A DNA stretch of 62,876 bases, filler included, from Sphacelaria rigidula (taxonomy: Eukaryota), in assembly GCA_964200075.2 (NCBI GenBank). It is 7 parts of 7 records of this genome, joined end to end, with 100 filler letters (N's around TTAATTAATTAA, not from the genome) between each part and the next. Parts side by side here need not be neighbours in the genome. Positions count along the whole stretch, not along the records: positions 44,987 to 53,881 come from CAXNAA020009809.1; positions 53,982 to 62,876 come from CAXNAA020009810.1; 5 more parts are not named here. One strand, given 5' to 3'. The translations under genes were made by a program, and so were the position numbers. Positions 50,624 to 62,629 of this stretch are shown here, piece by piece (the first letter of the stretch is position 1; each line of letters opens with the position of its first letter). The notes under the pieces were generated by a model. That model searched no databases. It worked only from the letters and a program-made list of their open reading frames with translations, and was not told the origin of the DNA.

Positions 50624-53600
50624 ATGGCAGAACAAGAGGGTAGGCCTGCTACAGTAGTCGGTGAGCAGGGTGGTTTTGAGCAATTGGGGGAGGTGAATAG
50701 CCAGCTGAGTTTGATGGCTGAGCTACTGCGTGACTTGTACTGAAACCAAGCTGCATTACAGAGTGACATTAACAATATGAAGGTAGTAAGAGAGTCCGGG
50801 GTGGGGTGGGGGGGCGTACTCATTTGTTGCTTGCCTTAGTCGTTTGACCATTGACCACGCATCCCTTTCGAGACGGAGAGACGGAGAGAGTCCGGGGGCG
50901 CAGAAATCAATGGCGTCCCCGATAGTGATGGTTTCGATAGTCAACAGGGGGAATCCAGCATAAGCAGGACAGTGGAGCGACATGGTGCCGGAAATCGAAA
51001 AGACCGACGGTCCATCGGGAGTCAAGCTGTTCCGGAGGAAGGAGCGCGCGATGCAGGGGGCAACGAGACCTGAATTCATACGAGGAACATCAACCCCTGA
51101 GCAAAAAAAATATCCTCTTGAAATACCTCAACGCATTGCCGTTCGACTATCACGTTCAGAAGCAGTTGCTGGAGGATCGAGAGGGCCACTGACACGGGAG
51201 GTTGTGCTAGTCTCGGCCCGAAAGCGCTTTGAATCGACCGCTTTGAAGCAGGAACTTACCCGGGGAAAGAAGTCATCCCCGGGCGACCAGGCTCTCCCTG
51301 CCAGGGGTGGGACCGGAGAACCGAGCGGTGCACACCGCGAGGAAAACCGGGAAAACCCCCGGGCTCTGGTCAGAAAAATTGCGGGAGCCAGAGTTCTAGT
51401 AGCTCTAGGTCGGCATCGTCGGACGGCAAACCGGCGATTGTGAAGCTGCTCCGCTGCCACGTTTGCGACGAGGAGGCGACGCACCGAGCCCGGGACTGCC
51501 CGAAGAGATACTGCGGGAGGTGAGGTCAACAGGATCACACGTCCTGGAACTGTCCGAGATCGACAGCGAAGAAAGAAGATGTGGCGATGGCGATGGGCGC
51601 GACCGACGACAGCGACAGCTCCTCCGTTTACTCGGTGGCGGACGGGGAGGCTTTCACCTTTTTCGACACCACCATCAACGGCGAAACAGGCGAGTATGCA
51701 TTGAGTGTTGGGCAGGGGGGTGATAGACAATAGGGTGAGGGCGAACCGTGGGTATTTGACACGGGGGCTACCCAGCACTTATCCCACGATTCCCATGGGA
51801 TGGCGGTGTACATAGAGTGCCAGGGTATGGTACTACGGTGCGCGGGTGGTAGTACTTACCCGATCGTAGGCAGAGGAAATTTGTCTCTTGCCTTCAGATC
51901 TGACGGACAGGATGTGATGATCAAATTAATGGATGCTGACCATGTACCTGATGTCCGTCATCACCGCTTGTCAATCATGAAGATCCTAAACATGTGACAC
52001 ACCTACACTGGTTTTCGTGCAGGTTTCAGGGTAGATCTCATTTCAGGAAATACACTGAAAATACCCGGACAACCACGTCAACTCGAAATGTACGCCCGCC
52101 GCCTCGACCAAAGTGGTAGTGACAAGTGTGTTTCGGCATAGTATGCTGTTATTGACCCGGCGGCTCCGCCTACCCCCAGATCGCTGACATCAACGAGTTC
52201 TACTGTGCTCACGCCCGCGTCCACGAGGACTTACTGCGAAAGACCGCGAAGCAGCAGGAAAAGCAGCTGGCTGGGCAGCTACAGCCCTGCCGCGGCTGCT
52301 CAGTGACGAAGGGACTGCGACGGCCGATTCCAAGATCGACGTACACGAGAGCAGCTGAGTCAGCGTCTAGGGTGTTTGTAGATCTTTCCGGTCCGAATTC
52401 AGTCAAGTCTCACGGGGGAGAGTCGTACACGACGATAGTCCGAGATGATCACTCACGGCACACGAGGCCGTATTTCCTCCGGAAGAAGGATGAGGCAGAG
52501 AGATACTTCGCGGAATACACTGCATGGGTTTCTCCAAGAAAAAATGAGATAGTTCGTAGCGATGACGGGGGTGAATTTTCGCAGGGTGCGTTTGGTGAAC
52601 TGTGCGACAGGGAAACTATCAAGCAGGGAAAGACGACTGCCGACTCACCCCAGTTCAACGGTGTTGCAGAGCGAGTGTGGGAATCATCGAAAGAGCAGGC
52701 CTTGCGGCCAGGATCCAAGCATCTGAGTTTTACCCAGATGAGCTCATCCCAAATGGTGACAGCCTGTGGGCTGAACAGGCAAACTAGGCGTGTCAAGCCC
52801 TGAACTGTACCGCTACCTCGGCAAACCCAAACTGCATATCACCGTATGAGATGTGGTACGGATCACCACCGGACGGTGATCTCATTCCGTTCTTGAAGCT
52901 TAGGTTTTCTAGGAGAAAGCAGACAAACAAATTACAGCCGAAGGCGGAAAAAAGCTGATATTTGAGCCCAGCCCCAGGCTACTCACGTGACGCGATGCAA
53001 GTTTTGACTGCACGAGGATCTATTACCGTAACAAGACATGTAACATGGGCAAGTATGTCCGCCGCCCCCTCCCGCACACTACAGCAAGCGGTCCAGACGC
53101 CGGGCGAGCCGAAGGATTCCAACGTCGATCAAGGCCAGGAATTGAGCGAGGAAAGGATGGAAAACTCGACAGTGGACACTTCGTCCAGCGGTTCCTCAAG
53201 CGCACCGTTCTCCCCGCCGAGTTCCGTTGGTGGGAGGGGCGGAGCAGCACCGCAGTAGTGGAGGGGACGAAGTGCCTTCACCGTCCTCACGAGGAGGGGG
53301 CAGGCGGGGTGATAGCAGAGATCCCCGTTCCAGGTTTCATCAACGGAGGGGGTGAGGGGGAGCTGGAATCATCACCATCATCACCATCATCACCATCATC
53401 ACCATCATCACCATCATCAACGCCAACATCAGCACCGATGCCGACACCAGCGCCAACGCCGACACCTACGCCGGTGCTCACATCGGCATCGTACACTCCC
53501 TCGTCGCCCGCACTGTCACCCTCTTCTACGGGTCCCTCGTAAGATAGCCGGGGGGTTGGCGACGCTCCTCAAGTCCCGAGGACCGAGAAACGCCATCTCA

Positions 53601-53881
53601 CGTGGGCTGACGAGTTGCCAACACTAAGGGCGGGGCGTACGAGGAGCCAAACGCGCGAGGCCATGGGGTCGGCACACACACAAGGCGAAACGCTGGTGGC
53701 TAGTGGAGCGGAGGAGAGCAGAAAGCAAGCGGAGATGGCGCTGACGGAAATGGCCGACGACAAATAACAGCCGGTTTTCAATTTTGGGGTTGATCTCTAA
53801 AATGGGGTTGAAGCGGCATTTTTCTCTTCTTGCAGGGAAGACGCGAAACACTAGCGACCTAGCGAAGCCATCTTCCCCCCC
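50624..53881 (+). mobile_element. Ty1/copia internal region (gag remnant, protease, GAG-pre-integrase, integrase), degenerate
   Basis: WVFDTGATQH; DADHVPDVRHHRLS; H..VH...PCRGC; VFVDLSGP...IVRDDHSR...VRSDDGGEF...SPQFNGVAER. Integrase lies directly after protease. Confidence 0.93.
50802..50884 (-). mobile_element. Short 3'-end copy of the poly(C) LINE inserted in copia gag
   Basis: Perfect 13-bp TSD agagagtccgggg (50789-50801, 50885-50897). Confidence 0.93.
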
Positions 53882-54496
53882 NNNNNNNNNNNNNNNNNNN
53901 NNNNNNNNNNNNNNNNNNNNNNNNNTTAATTAATTAANNNNNNNNNNNNNNNNNNNNNNNNNNNNNNNNNNNNNNNNNNNNAACACAACCCGTACCGGGG
54001 GGGAGATGAGTTGATCCCTTGACACCACGGACTCATCCCGTGGAAGGGGAGGGGTTCAAAGTGTGAGGAAAAACAAATAAAAAGTGTTTCCTCAGCGATT
54101 GTTCCCAGTTTTTTTTTTTTCTCGGATACATCTATCATGTGACCACGGCTGGATCATGACTACCTGGGGGGTCAGTGTCAGTCAAAGTGCGACAATCAAT
54201 CAATCAATCAAATCAAAGTGTGCGGCCTCAGAAACCTTTTCGACCAAAACGTACACCCCTACCTTAGGATCCCACCATAGGGCGCTCGAGATAGTATGTA
54301 CGATAGGAGGGTCAAGATGCAGGTCATTTACGGCACATACTGGCTGAGCCAAAACTTAATTGTGGATTCGCTCAGACAGGATTCGCTCGTAACCTGGCCA
54401 ATGTACTAGTATATTTCGAAGGATAACCGAATGGGTTTTGGCGGCTCGTGTCATTTTGTCTACAGCAATGAAGTTGTTTTCAGACGCTAACCTTAC

Positions 54497-54818
54497 CTCC
54501 TTTTTCCTCCATCAGCATAGTCGCTTCAGGGTCCCCGTTCTTGGTGCGATCTACGTTACGATCTTGATCCCATCTGTCCGCAGAATAACCGTAAATGATT
54601 CCATGATATAGGTTAGGAGCATGAATTGGACCTGTACGATAGATGGAAGATGCTCGGCGGTTACCTACAACTACCGATTCTGTTAGACCCTCGCTCACTC
54701 GTCCTTGACCTGAAGTTGATATTGCGATTGCTTCGCCGTGGTGATGATGCAGAAGTTGTAGGCGTTACTCACCTCGAGTCATCCTTTACATCGCAAAAGT
54801 TATCATTCACGTTTCGCT
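54497..54818 (-). CDS. Two candidate small downstream exons of the EML-like gene (54818-54773 and 54573-54497)
   Basis: AG/GTGAGT and AG/GTAAGG boundaries, mutually phase-compatible and open (...DDSR|WDQDRNVDRTKNGDPEATMLMEEKG). No diagnostic motif. Confidence 0.4.
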
Positions 54819-54822
54819 CTAA

Positions 54823-55802
54823 AACACGGGACTTACAATTTGGAGATAAATTTTTACTGAGGACGAGAAACGCGGAGGATCAAATCTTCGTATCCCCACC
54901 AAATCTTCGAAATATGTTCCACTTCTCAACTCCCTGATAGCTATTGACAGCTACTTAACGCCATACATATGTGGATTTCGATATCCGAAATATTGGGGTC
55001 CAACGTGAAAAACAATTTGGGGGAATTTCGGCGATCTGATCAGGCTTTTGCTTCTTATGCGCGCATATAATTTCGCATAAAACGGGGCTTCGCGCATAAG
55101 CATATGCGAACATATGTTGTTGGAGATTTCAGCATAACAAAGGCAAAATACCTAAATTTCCCGCATAACTTGGCGCATATAACACTCCAACGGGATTATG
55201 TACCCCATGTCCAGTAGCTAGTAGCTGCCCACGGGTGCTCCATGTGGCGTGGTTCGTTGAGTAGTGGCGTTTTCGTTCGTAATTTCTTTTTTAGAACTTC
55301 GTTGCGGGTCTGATATCGGTTCTGGTGCTGTTTCTGAGCTACTTTATGTTCATTTGAAACTGATAAAAGAAGAAGAATAAAAGTGTCATATTTCACATCA
55401 AACAGAGGAACCCGCCAGGAACCGCCTCAAGAAGGACGCGAAAAAGGCGCATAAGTCGCGCATATTTCACCATAATACGCATAAATCGGCGCATAATGCT
55501 TACTTTTGAACATTAAAAAAAGGAAAAACGCACATAAAAGAAAAAGAAAAAAACGCATAAGAAGCAAAAGCCTAGATCTGATCGGATCATCTGAACTGCC
55601 CAAATTATTTTCTTCACACAGGACCCCAATATGTCGGTTATCAGGATAAAAAATTGTATAGCGTGTAGTAGTTGTCAATAGCGACCAGTCGGTGAAGGAT
55701 TGGAACTATATTTCGAAGATTTGGTGTGGATACGAAGGTTTTCATCCTCCGGGTTTCTCATCCTCAATCGAAATTCCATCCCCAATTTGGAAGCCCCGTG
55801 TT
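54823..55802. mobile_element. MITE (AAC...GTT family) carrying a nested hAT-like MITE
   Basis: Collinear with 40206-40652 once 55041-55574 is removed. Confidence 0.85.
55041..55574. mobile_element. hAT-like MITE with 8-bp TSD
   Basis: TIR caggcttttgcttcttatgcg / cgcataagaagcaaaagccta; GATCTGAT on both sides; many subterminal cgcata motifs. Confidence 0.92.
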
Positions 55803-56201
55803 TTGAGGTACGTTTCGTTCGGGTAGCAGGAGAAGGAGAATTTGGAATCCTGATTGATTTTGTCGTGGGGCGATACCAGCATATTTCAGTGGCTCGTACA
55901 CACACGTCGGCTATTTCTTTAAGTAAGAATGACACAACCGAGCTGTGTGCGGCATGGAAACGCAGCAACTAGTTTAGCTCGCCGAGATTGCAAGCAAGTA
56001 CTGGAGTAGTAGTTATCGTGATTTGCACTCCTTTGCATCGCGTCTGTGTGATTTTTTCTGTGTTAGATTTTAATCATTATTCTAGTTCCTCATACCCTAT
56101 TTTGGGTAGTTAGCCTGTGACCACGAAAGGAAGGCGTCCGCACCAGACACCCAGTACAGATTACTACTACGCAGATATCGGAAAGGTTGTTGACGTGAAG
56201 G

Positions 56202-56252
<51 letters not shown>

Positions 56253-56361
56253 CTCCGGCAAGTGTCTCACGATAGGACGGCGCAGCGAAAACCTTTTGTG
56301 GCCACATAGATTCTCCTCGCCGACATGGCATGATACAGGCAACGGTTCTGATGATGTATAC

Positions 56362-56633
56362 CTCGACAAATCCTTAAAATCAGGATGGTGCGACCTCTCC
56401 TCGTCACTTATCGCCAACGTCTCCACCTCCACGTCTTCCGTCCCCAAAAAATTGCTGTCTCTTCTCGACGGAGCATGTTCATCGACTCCAGCTCCCTCGC
56501 AATCCGCTCTGGCCTCGAACACCCACAGCAATAGCGCGCAATCTCGCCCACCGGCCGTAACGAACGAGCCGTCGTCGGCGAGAAAAACGCAGTTCCGCAC
56601 GGGGCATGCATGGCCTCTGTATTGTCGGAAGTC
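56362..56633 (-). CDS. Exon of an EML-like (echinoderm microtubule-associated protein-like) WD40 protein
   Basis: cag|DFRQYRGHACPVRNCVFLADDGSFVTAGGRDCALLLW, the last blade of a TAPE domain. The 3' boundary is uncertain. Confidence 0.85.
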
Positions 56634-56966
56634 CTGACGGCAAGGTACGGTGAGGAGAACACAGTTGGAGACAATATATATATATATATATATATATATC
56701 TAGGGAATATTGTATAACAGCCAAGACAAATGGTATCCAACTGTGGGTTCATTCGGCTACACCTGATGTTATGATGCGTGAAAGGCGTGAATAAAAAACA
56801 GAAACAAGGGAGAACGATCGATGAACGAGGTTTACTGTACGTGGTCGTGTAGATGCTTTGTTTTCTTGCCTTCCTCTGCGGGCTGTTTGATTCATGGGTA
56901 TGGGTGGTGGTATGCTCCTTGCACTCTGTGACCACGGGTTCGAGAGATCGAGCTAATGTGACGAAC

Positions 56967-57074
56967 ATAATAATAATAAAAATGATAAAAATGATAAAAA
57001 TGATGATAATGATGATGACGATGATGATGATGATAATAATGATGATAATGATAATAATGATGATGATGATAATG

Positions 57075-57111
<37 letters not shown>

Positions 57112-57150
57112 CAACAACAACAATAATAACGATAGTAATAATAATATTAA
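56967..57150. repeat. Compound (ATA/ATG/ACA)n intronic microsatellite; (AAC)n also at 56203-56252
   Basis: Direct reading. Confidence 0.95.
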
Positions 57151-57384
57151 TGGTGATAGGCATAACTACACCATCTTCGCGGATGCAGCTGTGGTTTCTC
57201 AAAATAGCTACAAAAAGCGGGAATGACCCTGCGGCATCATCATACACTCACCTCCACCTTACGTCGGGCGAATGTCTATCTAAAGCCACCATTACGTTTG
57301 ATGTCTTTGGTCAATACATATCGTTTCGGCGTACGCACGCACAGAAGGAGGTACTGCTGCTGTCCTTCGGGAATCCCGGCATAC

Positions 57385-57509
57385 CTGATCATCGTTGACG
57401 GCAGGGTAACGCAAGAGCCGAACTCTCCCAAAACCATCGGCAAGCGCCAGTTGCTCCCCGTTGTTTGCGCGGGCCGCGGACGTCAGCACACATCCGTCCA
57501 CCAGAGGTC
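57385..57509 (-). CDS. EML-like exon
   Basis: (G)PLVDGCVLTSAARANNGEQLALADGFGRVRLLRYPAVNDDQ|gtatgc, matching the ADDFG.V.LF.YP motif. Phases fit the neighbouring exons. Confidence 0.9.
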
Positions 57510-58058
57510 CTTGAGTTGGCGGAATCGTCGACGCACATGTCATCATCCACACCATTCACGATTGCAGCGAAAATGGTGGCATGTGGGAATCATCCCAAGC
57601 TGCAAACTAGCTCATGGTAACGTGTCCAAGAGTCAGTCAGCACACTGTCCAAACACAGATACGCGCAAATCTCGAAATACCCCCCGACACATTCATCCCA
57701 ATGGGAAAAAAAAAAACGGAGATAGAACAAACAGAGCAAGTGTGCAAGGATCATTCGCAGCGCTCGCACATGAGGCGGAAGCGCAAGAGTTAGTCACTGT
57801 GAAAAAATATGGACACCTTCTAGTCGTTCAAACTACACCACATTGAACCTAAGGGTGCGCACGCCGCCTGCCTTCCTTGGTGGGAGATCGACGTATTTCG
57901 TATTGACAATGCTGCATCAAGGTAAGGACAACGACATGCATGCCCCATACGTTTAGGTTGCACAATTCGCACCGAAACCCGAGGCGTTTGAGAATTACTC
58001 TGATGAGATGAGTGAGGAAATGCTAGCCTTTATTGAGTTGTCGCTCCTTCAAACAACG

Positions 58059-58297
58059 AGCAGTCGATCATCAAAGTTGAGGATGTAGCTTTTCATTGAG
58101 TATGAGAACCCGGAGGATTAAAATTGTGATTTCGATAACCGAAATTTGTAGGGCATGTGGCAGTTGTCAACAGTTACCAGCAGGTTAAGGAATGGGATCA
58201 TCTTTCGAAGGCTTGGTGTGGATACGAAGATTTTAATCCTCGAGGTTCTCATCCTCTCATTGAAAAGCTCCATCCTCAATTTCGATGATCGGCTATT
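58059..58297. mobile_element. MITE with ~65-bp TIR, related to the AAC...GTT families
   Basis: Inverted arms; flanks aacg/aaca. The same arm begins at ~44820-44886. Confidence 0.75.
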
Positions 58298-58704
58298 AAC
58301 AAGTAATGCACCTCCGGAATGGAGAAGGATATCGATCCTACCGGTCTTCTCGCCGCTCCGGAGGGGTGTCATTTGCTTCTTTCTATTGTACATGGCGCGT
58401 AGAGTTTGAACTCGTTGCTCGATAGAGATAACGCCAAGGCCAAGTGCGGACCCGAGAACGCACCATTGAATGGGATCACACGCGCAGACATGGAACGGGC
58501 ATGCTAAACAAATCCTTCGTCACTTCGTAGTTCTATGTCGTGGATGTAAGTACGCCCGATAACCCTCACGGGACGTGCTTGGCGCACATAGCCACATACG
58601 TTTGTGCTGTTCCCTCTCAGGCTGAAGGTGAGCCGGATATAGGTACGCAGTACACCATTACGTGGCAAATATGCCTGCAAGGTCGTGGCATGGCACTCAC
58701 TCAC

Positions 58705-58793
58705 CCCAGGCTCCTTGTAGTGGCCAACCGAAGACACACGACTGCGTCTCCCACTCCGTGTCTCGCAGATTGGCGGGATTCATTTGGTCTCCT
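58705..58793 (-). CDS. EML-like exon
   Basis: GDQMNPANLRDTEWETQSCVFGWPLQGAW|gtgagt, the EML signature RD..W.T.tC..GWPvqGiW. Confidence 0.92.
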
Positions 58794-58918
58794 CTGAAAC
58801 CGTGCAGTCGGGGAGCAAAGACGTGAATGAAGTATGGTCGTGGCGTCACACACGGTGCGTTATCAACTCCTTGCCCTTACTGCTGCTGAAAGGTTCAGCT
58901 GAAACGCTTCCCACCCCC

Positions 58919-59258
58919 GACACTTTCTACGATAGCCCCCCCCCCCCGCCCCCCAATCCAGTGCTCCGTCTCGAAAGGGATGCGTGGTCAATGGTCAAAC
59001 GACTAAGGCAAGCAACAAACGAGGACGCCTCCCAAACCAGCCCAAAAGTGCCACGAAAAAAAACGGATATACAACGCCTGATGTTTCGGTTCAGGCTGCA
59101 CGAAGCGCCTCGTATGGGCGACAATTACGAGAATGAATTCAAGCGTGGAAATTCAAAGTTCCTCGTTGTGCTCGGCTATTTCCATTTCGATTTACGTGAA
59201 GATTTTGCCTCCCCAAACCAGGCACTTCTCTGGGGGGGGGGATATCGTAGAAAGTGTC
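58919..59258. mobile_element. MITE with TIR gacactttctacgata.ccccc; a LINE 3'-end copy (58961-59033) is inserted in its C-run
   Basis: gacactttctacgatagccccc / gggggatatcgtagaaagtgtc; the nested module is flanked by cccaatccag / cccaaaccag. Confidence 0.88.
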
Positions 59259-59648
59259 CCCCGTCGATTCACTGCTATCGCTAGAGTCTATCAGGCGATC
59301 GTTTTCGCCGGAAACACTACGTTGATACAATTTGGTAGCGCTCTACTGAGGTCGATACTAGAAGTGCTCTCGCTCGTTGGATGATGGCCTGGGAACTTAC
59401 CTGCTGCCGAATTCAGATCTATTTACCAACAAAACGCCCCGGGACGATGACGATTATCTCAGTTGCTTTTGACCTCGAAATCATGATCCGGCGGGCGTTA
59501 GTCACGACTTGACGGCGTGTGTTTCAGGCCCCCGACTTTGGCGTAAAGGCAGACAGGCGAAGGCGACTGTGCATAGTATTGGGCACGTTGAACATATCGG
59601 CGGATCTGTCTCCGTCACGAACTCAGCCGTCTTCCCAAGTCGGACGCA

Positions 59649-59925
59649 GAGCAAATGCCATGGTAGGGGTTGCACTTTGTGTGTCTGGGTCTCTTTTTTG
59701 CAGGAGCCCAAATATATGGGGCTTATTGTGCAACCCAAATCTCCGGGGACCAGATTTCCAGGAACATGGTGTTTGCACGCAGGGGCCTTTTCCTAAATCG
59801 GTATCATTTTCACTTTTTTTCAATTAAAAAATGATGCCGGGTCTCAAAATAACCCGTCCAACACCCCGAGCAGCTCCGAGAAACGTTTTCGCTAAAAAAG
59901 TGCAACCCTTACCGTAGCATTGCTC
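59649..59925. mobile_element. Sola2-like MITE, inverted relative of 45655-45907
   Basis: GAG...CTC termini; CGCA on both sides (59645-59648, 59926-59929). Confidence 0.88.
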
Positions 59926-60334
59926 CGCAACCAATATACATTTGAGGGAACACTTGCTACAGGGGGAAGTCCAGACGGAAGAGGACGAAGAGGCAAGATA
60001 GATTTGAAGAGTTGTCGGGATACACACGGTTCAGAGAAAACCCCGACAGCTCCACGACACAGCTGGCTTCAAGCAGGACTTCGTTGGAAGCGTTAGCCCG
60101 CAGAAACCGGATGCGAATCACGTAGTCAAAGCCACATCAGTCAAGAACCTCTCCGAACTAGCAAATTTTTAGCAAGGATGCACAGAGTTATTTGAGGATG
60201 ACTATACATGTTTCTCCTGTGACCCGACATGATACCTTATATATATATATATATATATATCTGGAAACATTTGATCTCGCGAGCCGTGAGGTAAGCCTTC
60301 TCAACAACCTGCATCTCTCGGATACCTTTCAGTG

Positions 60335-60490
60335 TCGAAGAAGAGGAGCTCGCCTCCCACCCGGGTGTCGCACTGCACGTACTGTCCGTCACAGCTGAAA
60401 TCCATATGCGTGACCTTGTGCAAGACGAACACGGCGTTGTGTGTGGGATCGGTAGGCGGAAACTGCTCCGGACGATTTCGTGTGAAGGTT
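60335..60490 (+). pseudogene. Cysteine-rich fragment resembling the piggyBac transposase C-terminal domain
   Basis: RVSHCTYC...SICVTLCKTNTALCVG...NCSGRF follows the C2..C..C..LC..C..F pattern; lies in an EML intron. Confidence 0.4.
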
Positions 60491-60920
60491 ACCTTACATA
60501 TGCTTTTAGTATTTTTTATCGTTGGTACGATGATTCACTGTATTTACTGAGCCTTAGAGCGAGCAGGATCGATGTTGTTATTCTTCCCGCGCTTAGCCCA
60601 CGATGACGTGCGCGTTCCCGTGGGCATCGCGTCGAGGAACGAACACGCGGTGCGAGCTCTTGAAGGCTGACGTATTTGGGACAAACTGAGCGAATAAACG
60701 TCAGTTTTTTTTATTTTTTTCCTACGTCGGCGTTTGAGGACAATGCCTTAGGAACACGCAGTGACAGTACCGTTCATAGCTTGTCAGACAGGCAATGACC
60801 CCCCCCCCCTACACCTGCCTTCATGAATCAAACGTGTTCAGGATTTTCCCGCAATCGGTCACACCTATAAGACACACAGAGTTGCAAATATTTTAGGGAT
60901 CAACGGGGATCAACACGCAC

Positions 60921-61032
60921 CGGTCCGGAAAGACCGCCGCATTTTGCCTTTGCTATATAATCGCCACAGTTGTAGAGGTAAACAAACGTATCGTCCGATC
61001 CCACAGCCAGAGTTCCTCCGTCAGGTGACCAT
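60921..61032 (-). CDS. EML-like exon
   Basis: (R)WSPDGGTLAVGSDDTFVYLYNCGDYIAKAKCGGLSGP|gtgcgt. Confidence 0.92.
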
Positions 61033-61978
61033 CTTCGGCATCGAAAAAGGCGGTTGGGGGGCATGGATCACGCGTATGTTGACGAAGCTTGTACATCAGA
61101 CGTGTGCTGTACATTGACGTGCTCTGGACAACGCTGCTAAACTGCTTATACTGTGCACTGAATCATAAGCGGAGATGCGCACGAAACTGGACGTTATGAA
61201 GCTAAGAATTTTCGATTAGTCATAGATGATGTTGTGAACCATGCGGGGATCAACTAGTCTATTTTGAACACCAAAAACGACGGATATACAACACGACCTG
61301 GTTAGACACACTGGGGACAGTCATTCCCGAAACACAGGCGTTTTCGCATGTTTGGCTACAGCAACGGGAAGAGGTATGTGTAATAGCGCACGATCAATTC
61401 CAGATTGAGTACAGTATACCCAGCACTCAGCGACGGCGTCGCATCGCTTGCTCTGACTGTAGACCTAAAGAAATGTTCGTACACAACGCTTGACAGGGAT
61501 GACTACTTGGATTTTAGACTGAAGAAAGTTCTGATAAAAGTTATGGTTTGGGGTAGATGAGCAGTGGACCCAGCTCGTCTAGAGTGTGTTTTTGTCGAAA
61601 TCGGCGCCTGCGGCGTCGATTTCAGGTCCGCCAACATACACTTCGCCCAGGGGAACCTATGCACCCCCCTTTGTCCGAGGGTCTCGTGCACCTGGGGTCG
61701 GGTTTAGGGTTAGGGTTAGTGTCAGAGTTAGTTTGTAACTTCATTGTATTTCCCATCAACAATTGTGTACGAACATTTCTTGAGGTCCTCTCCGCTCTGA
61801 CTGCGGCGATGCAGCAACCGCAAGCAATGTGCCCCGTTCGAGTCGCTCGCACCGAAAGTTATCCGCGATGACCACCGACCACCGTCCGTACGCTGTGATG
61901 TGGTGTAGTTCAATGATGAAACAAGTAAACGCACTTGATGGGTGACGGGGAATTTTGAACCCTACGCCGACGGCTCAC

Positions 61979-62127
61979 CTGATACAGCCGATGGGCATTT
62001 TGGAATCTCGAGCTTCGTGCGCAACGGTGAGATCTTTCTCTCTCAGCGTCATCCACGCACCGTCCTTTCTGTTGGTAGCCTTCTTGCTCGCAACCCGACC
62101 GATATGTTCGCCCCGAGGTTCCTCCAC
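61979..62127 (-). CDS. EML-like exon
   Basis: ...RKDGAWMTLREKDLTVAHEARDSKMPIGCI(R)|gtgagc; the phase-2 end matches the next exon. Confidence 0.88.
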
Positions 62128-62629
62128 CTTCGGGAAGAGAAATGCGAAGGCGTCGTGTTACGGCTCGAGAAACGGCTGGGGACGCGGGGATCCTGTGCCA
62201 CGAAATTGGGATCAGTTGATGATAGCGACGCATCTATGCAGAGCAGTAGCTCCCGTTCTGGTTGGTCAACGTGCCGGCGTACTATCAAAATCTCCACAAC
62301 CGTGCACGATGCGGCGTTTAGAAATTGACTCTGGCAGAGCGTGTTGTGTGTATTTTCGCTGAACGTTTCCGATCGACTTCGTGGCGCGGATCGACATGAC
62401 ACTGAGTGAACCGAACAGGAACATTGCGCTCCGACGTGGGGAGAATAGTCCATTTTACAAGTAGCATGCTGACCGGCAGTCAGCCAACGACGGTCGTGGA
62501 TGGATATCTCAGGTCTGGTATGTTTTCCAGTACATTCCCTTTCAAAACGTCTCACTTCCCCCCCCCCCCCCTGTGTACTCATGATCATGCATGCCATAGT
62601 CATACGACCATTGACCTCAAATCCCTATA

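Noticed and set aside
56408-57398. Long ORFs with poly-Ile/Met tracts (also poly-Val at 37901 and poly-His at 53352)
   Set aside because: Translation artefacts of trinucleotide microsatellites.
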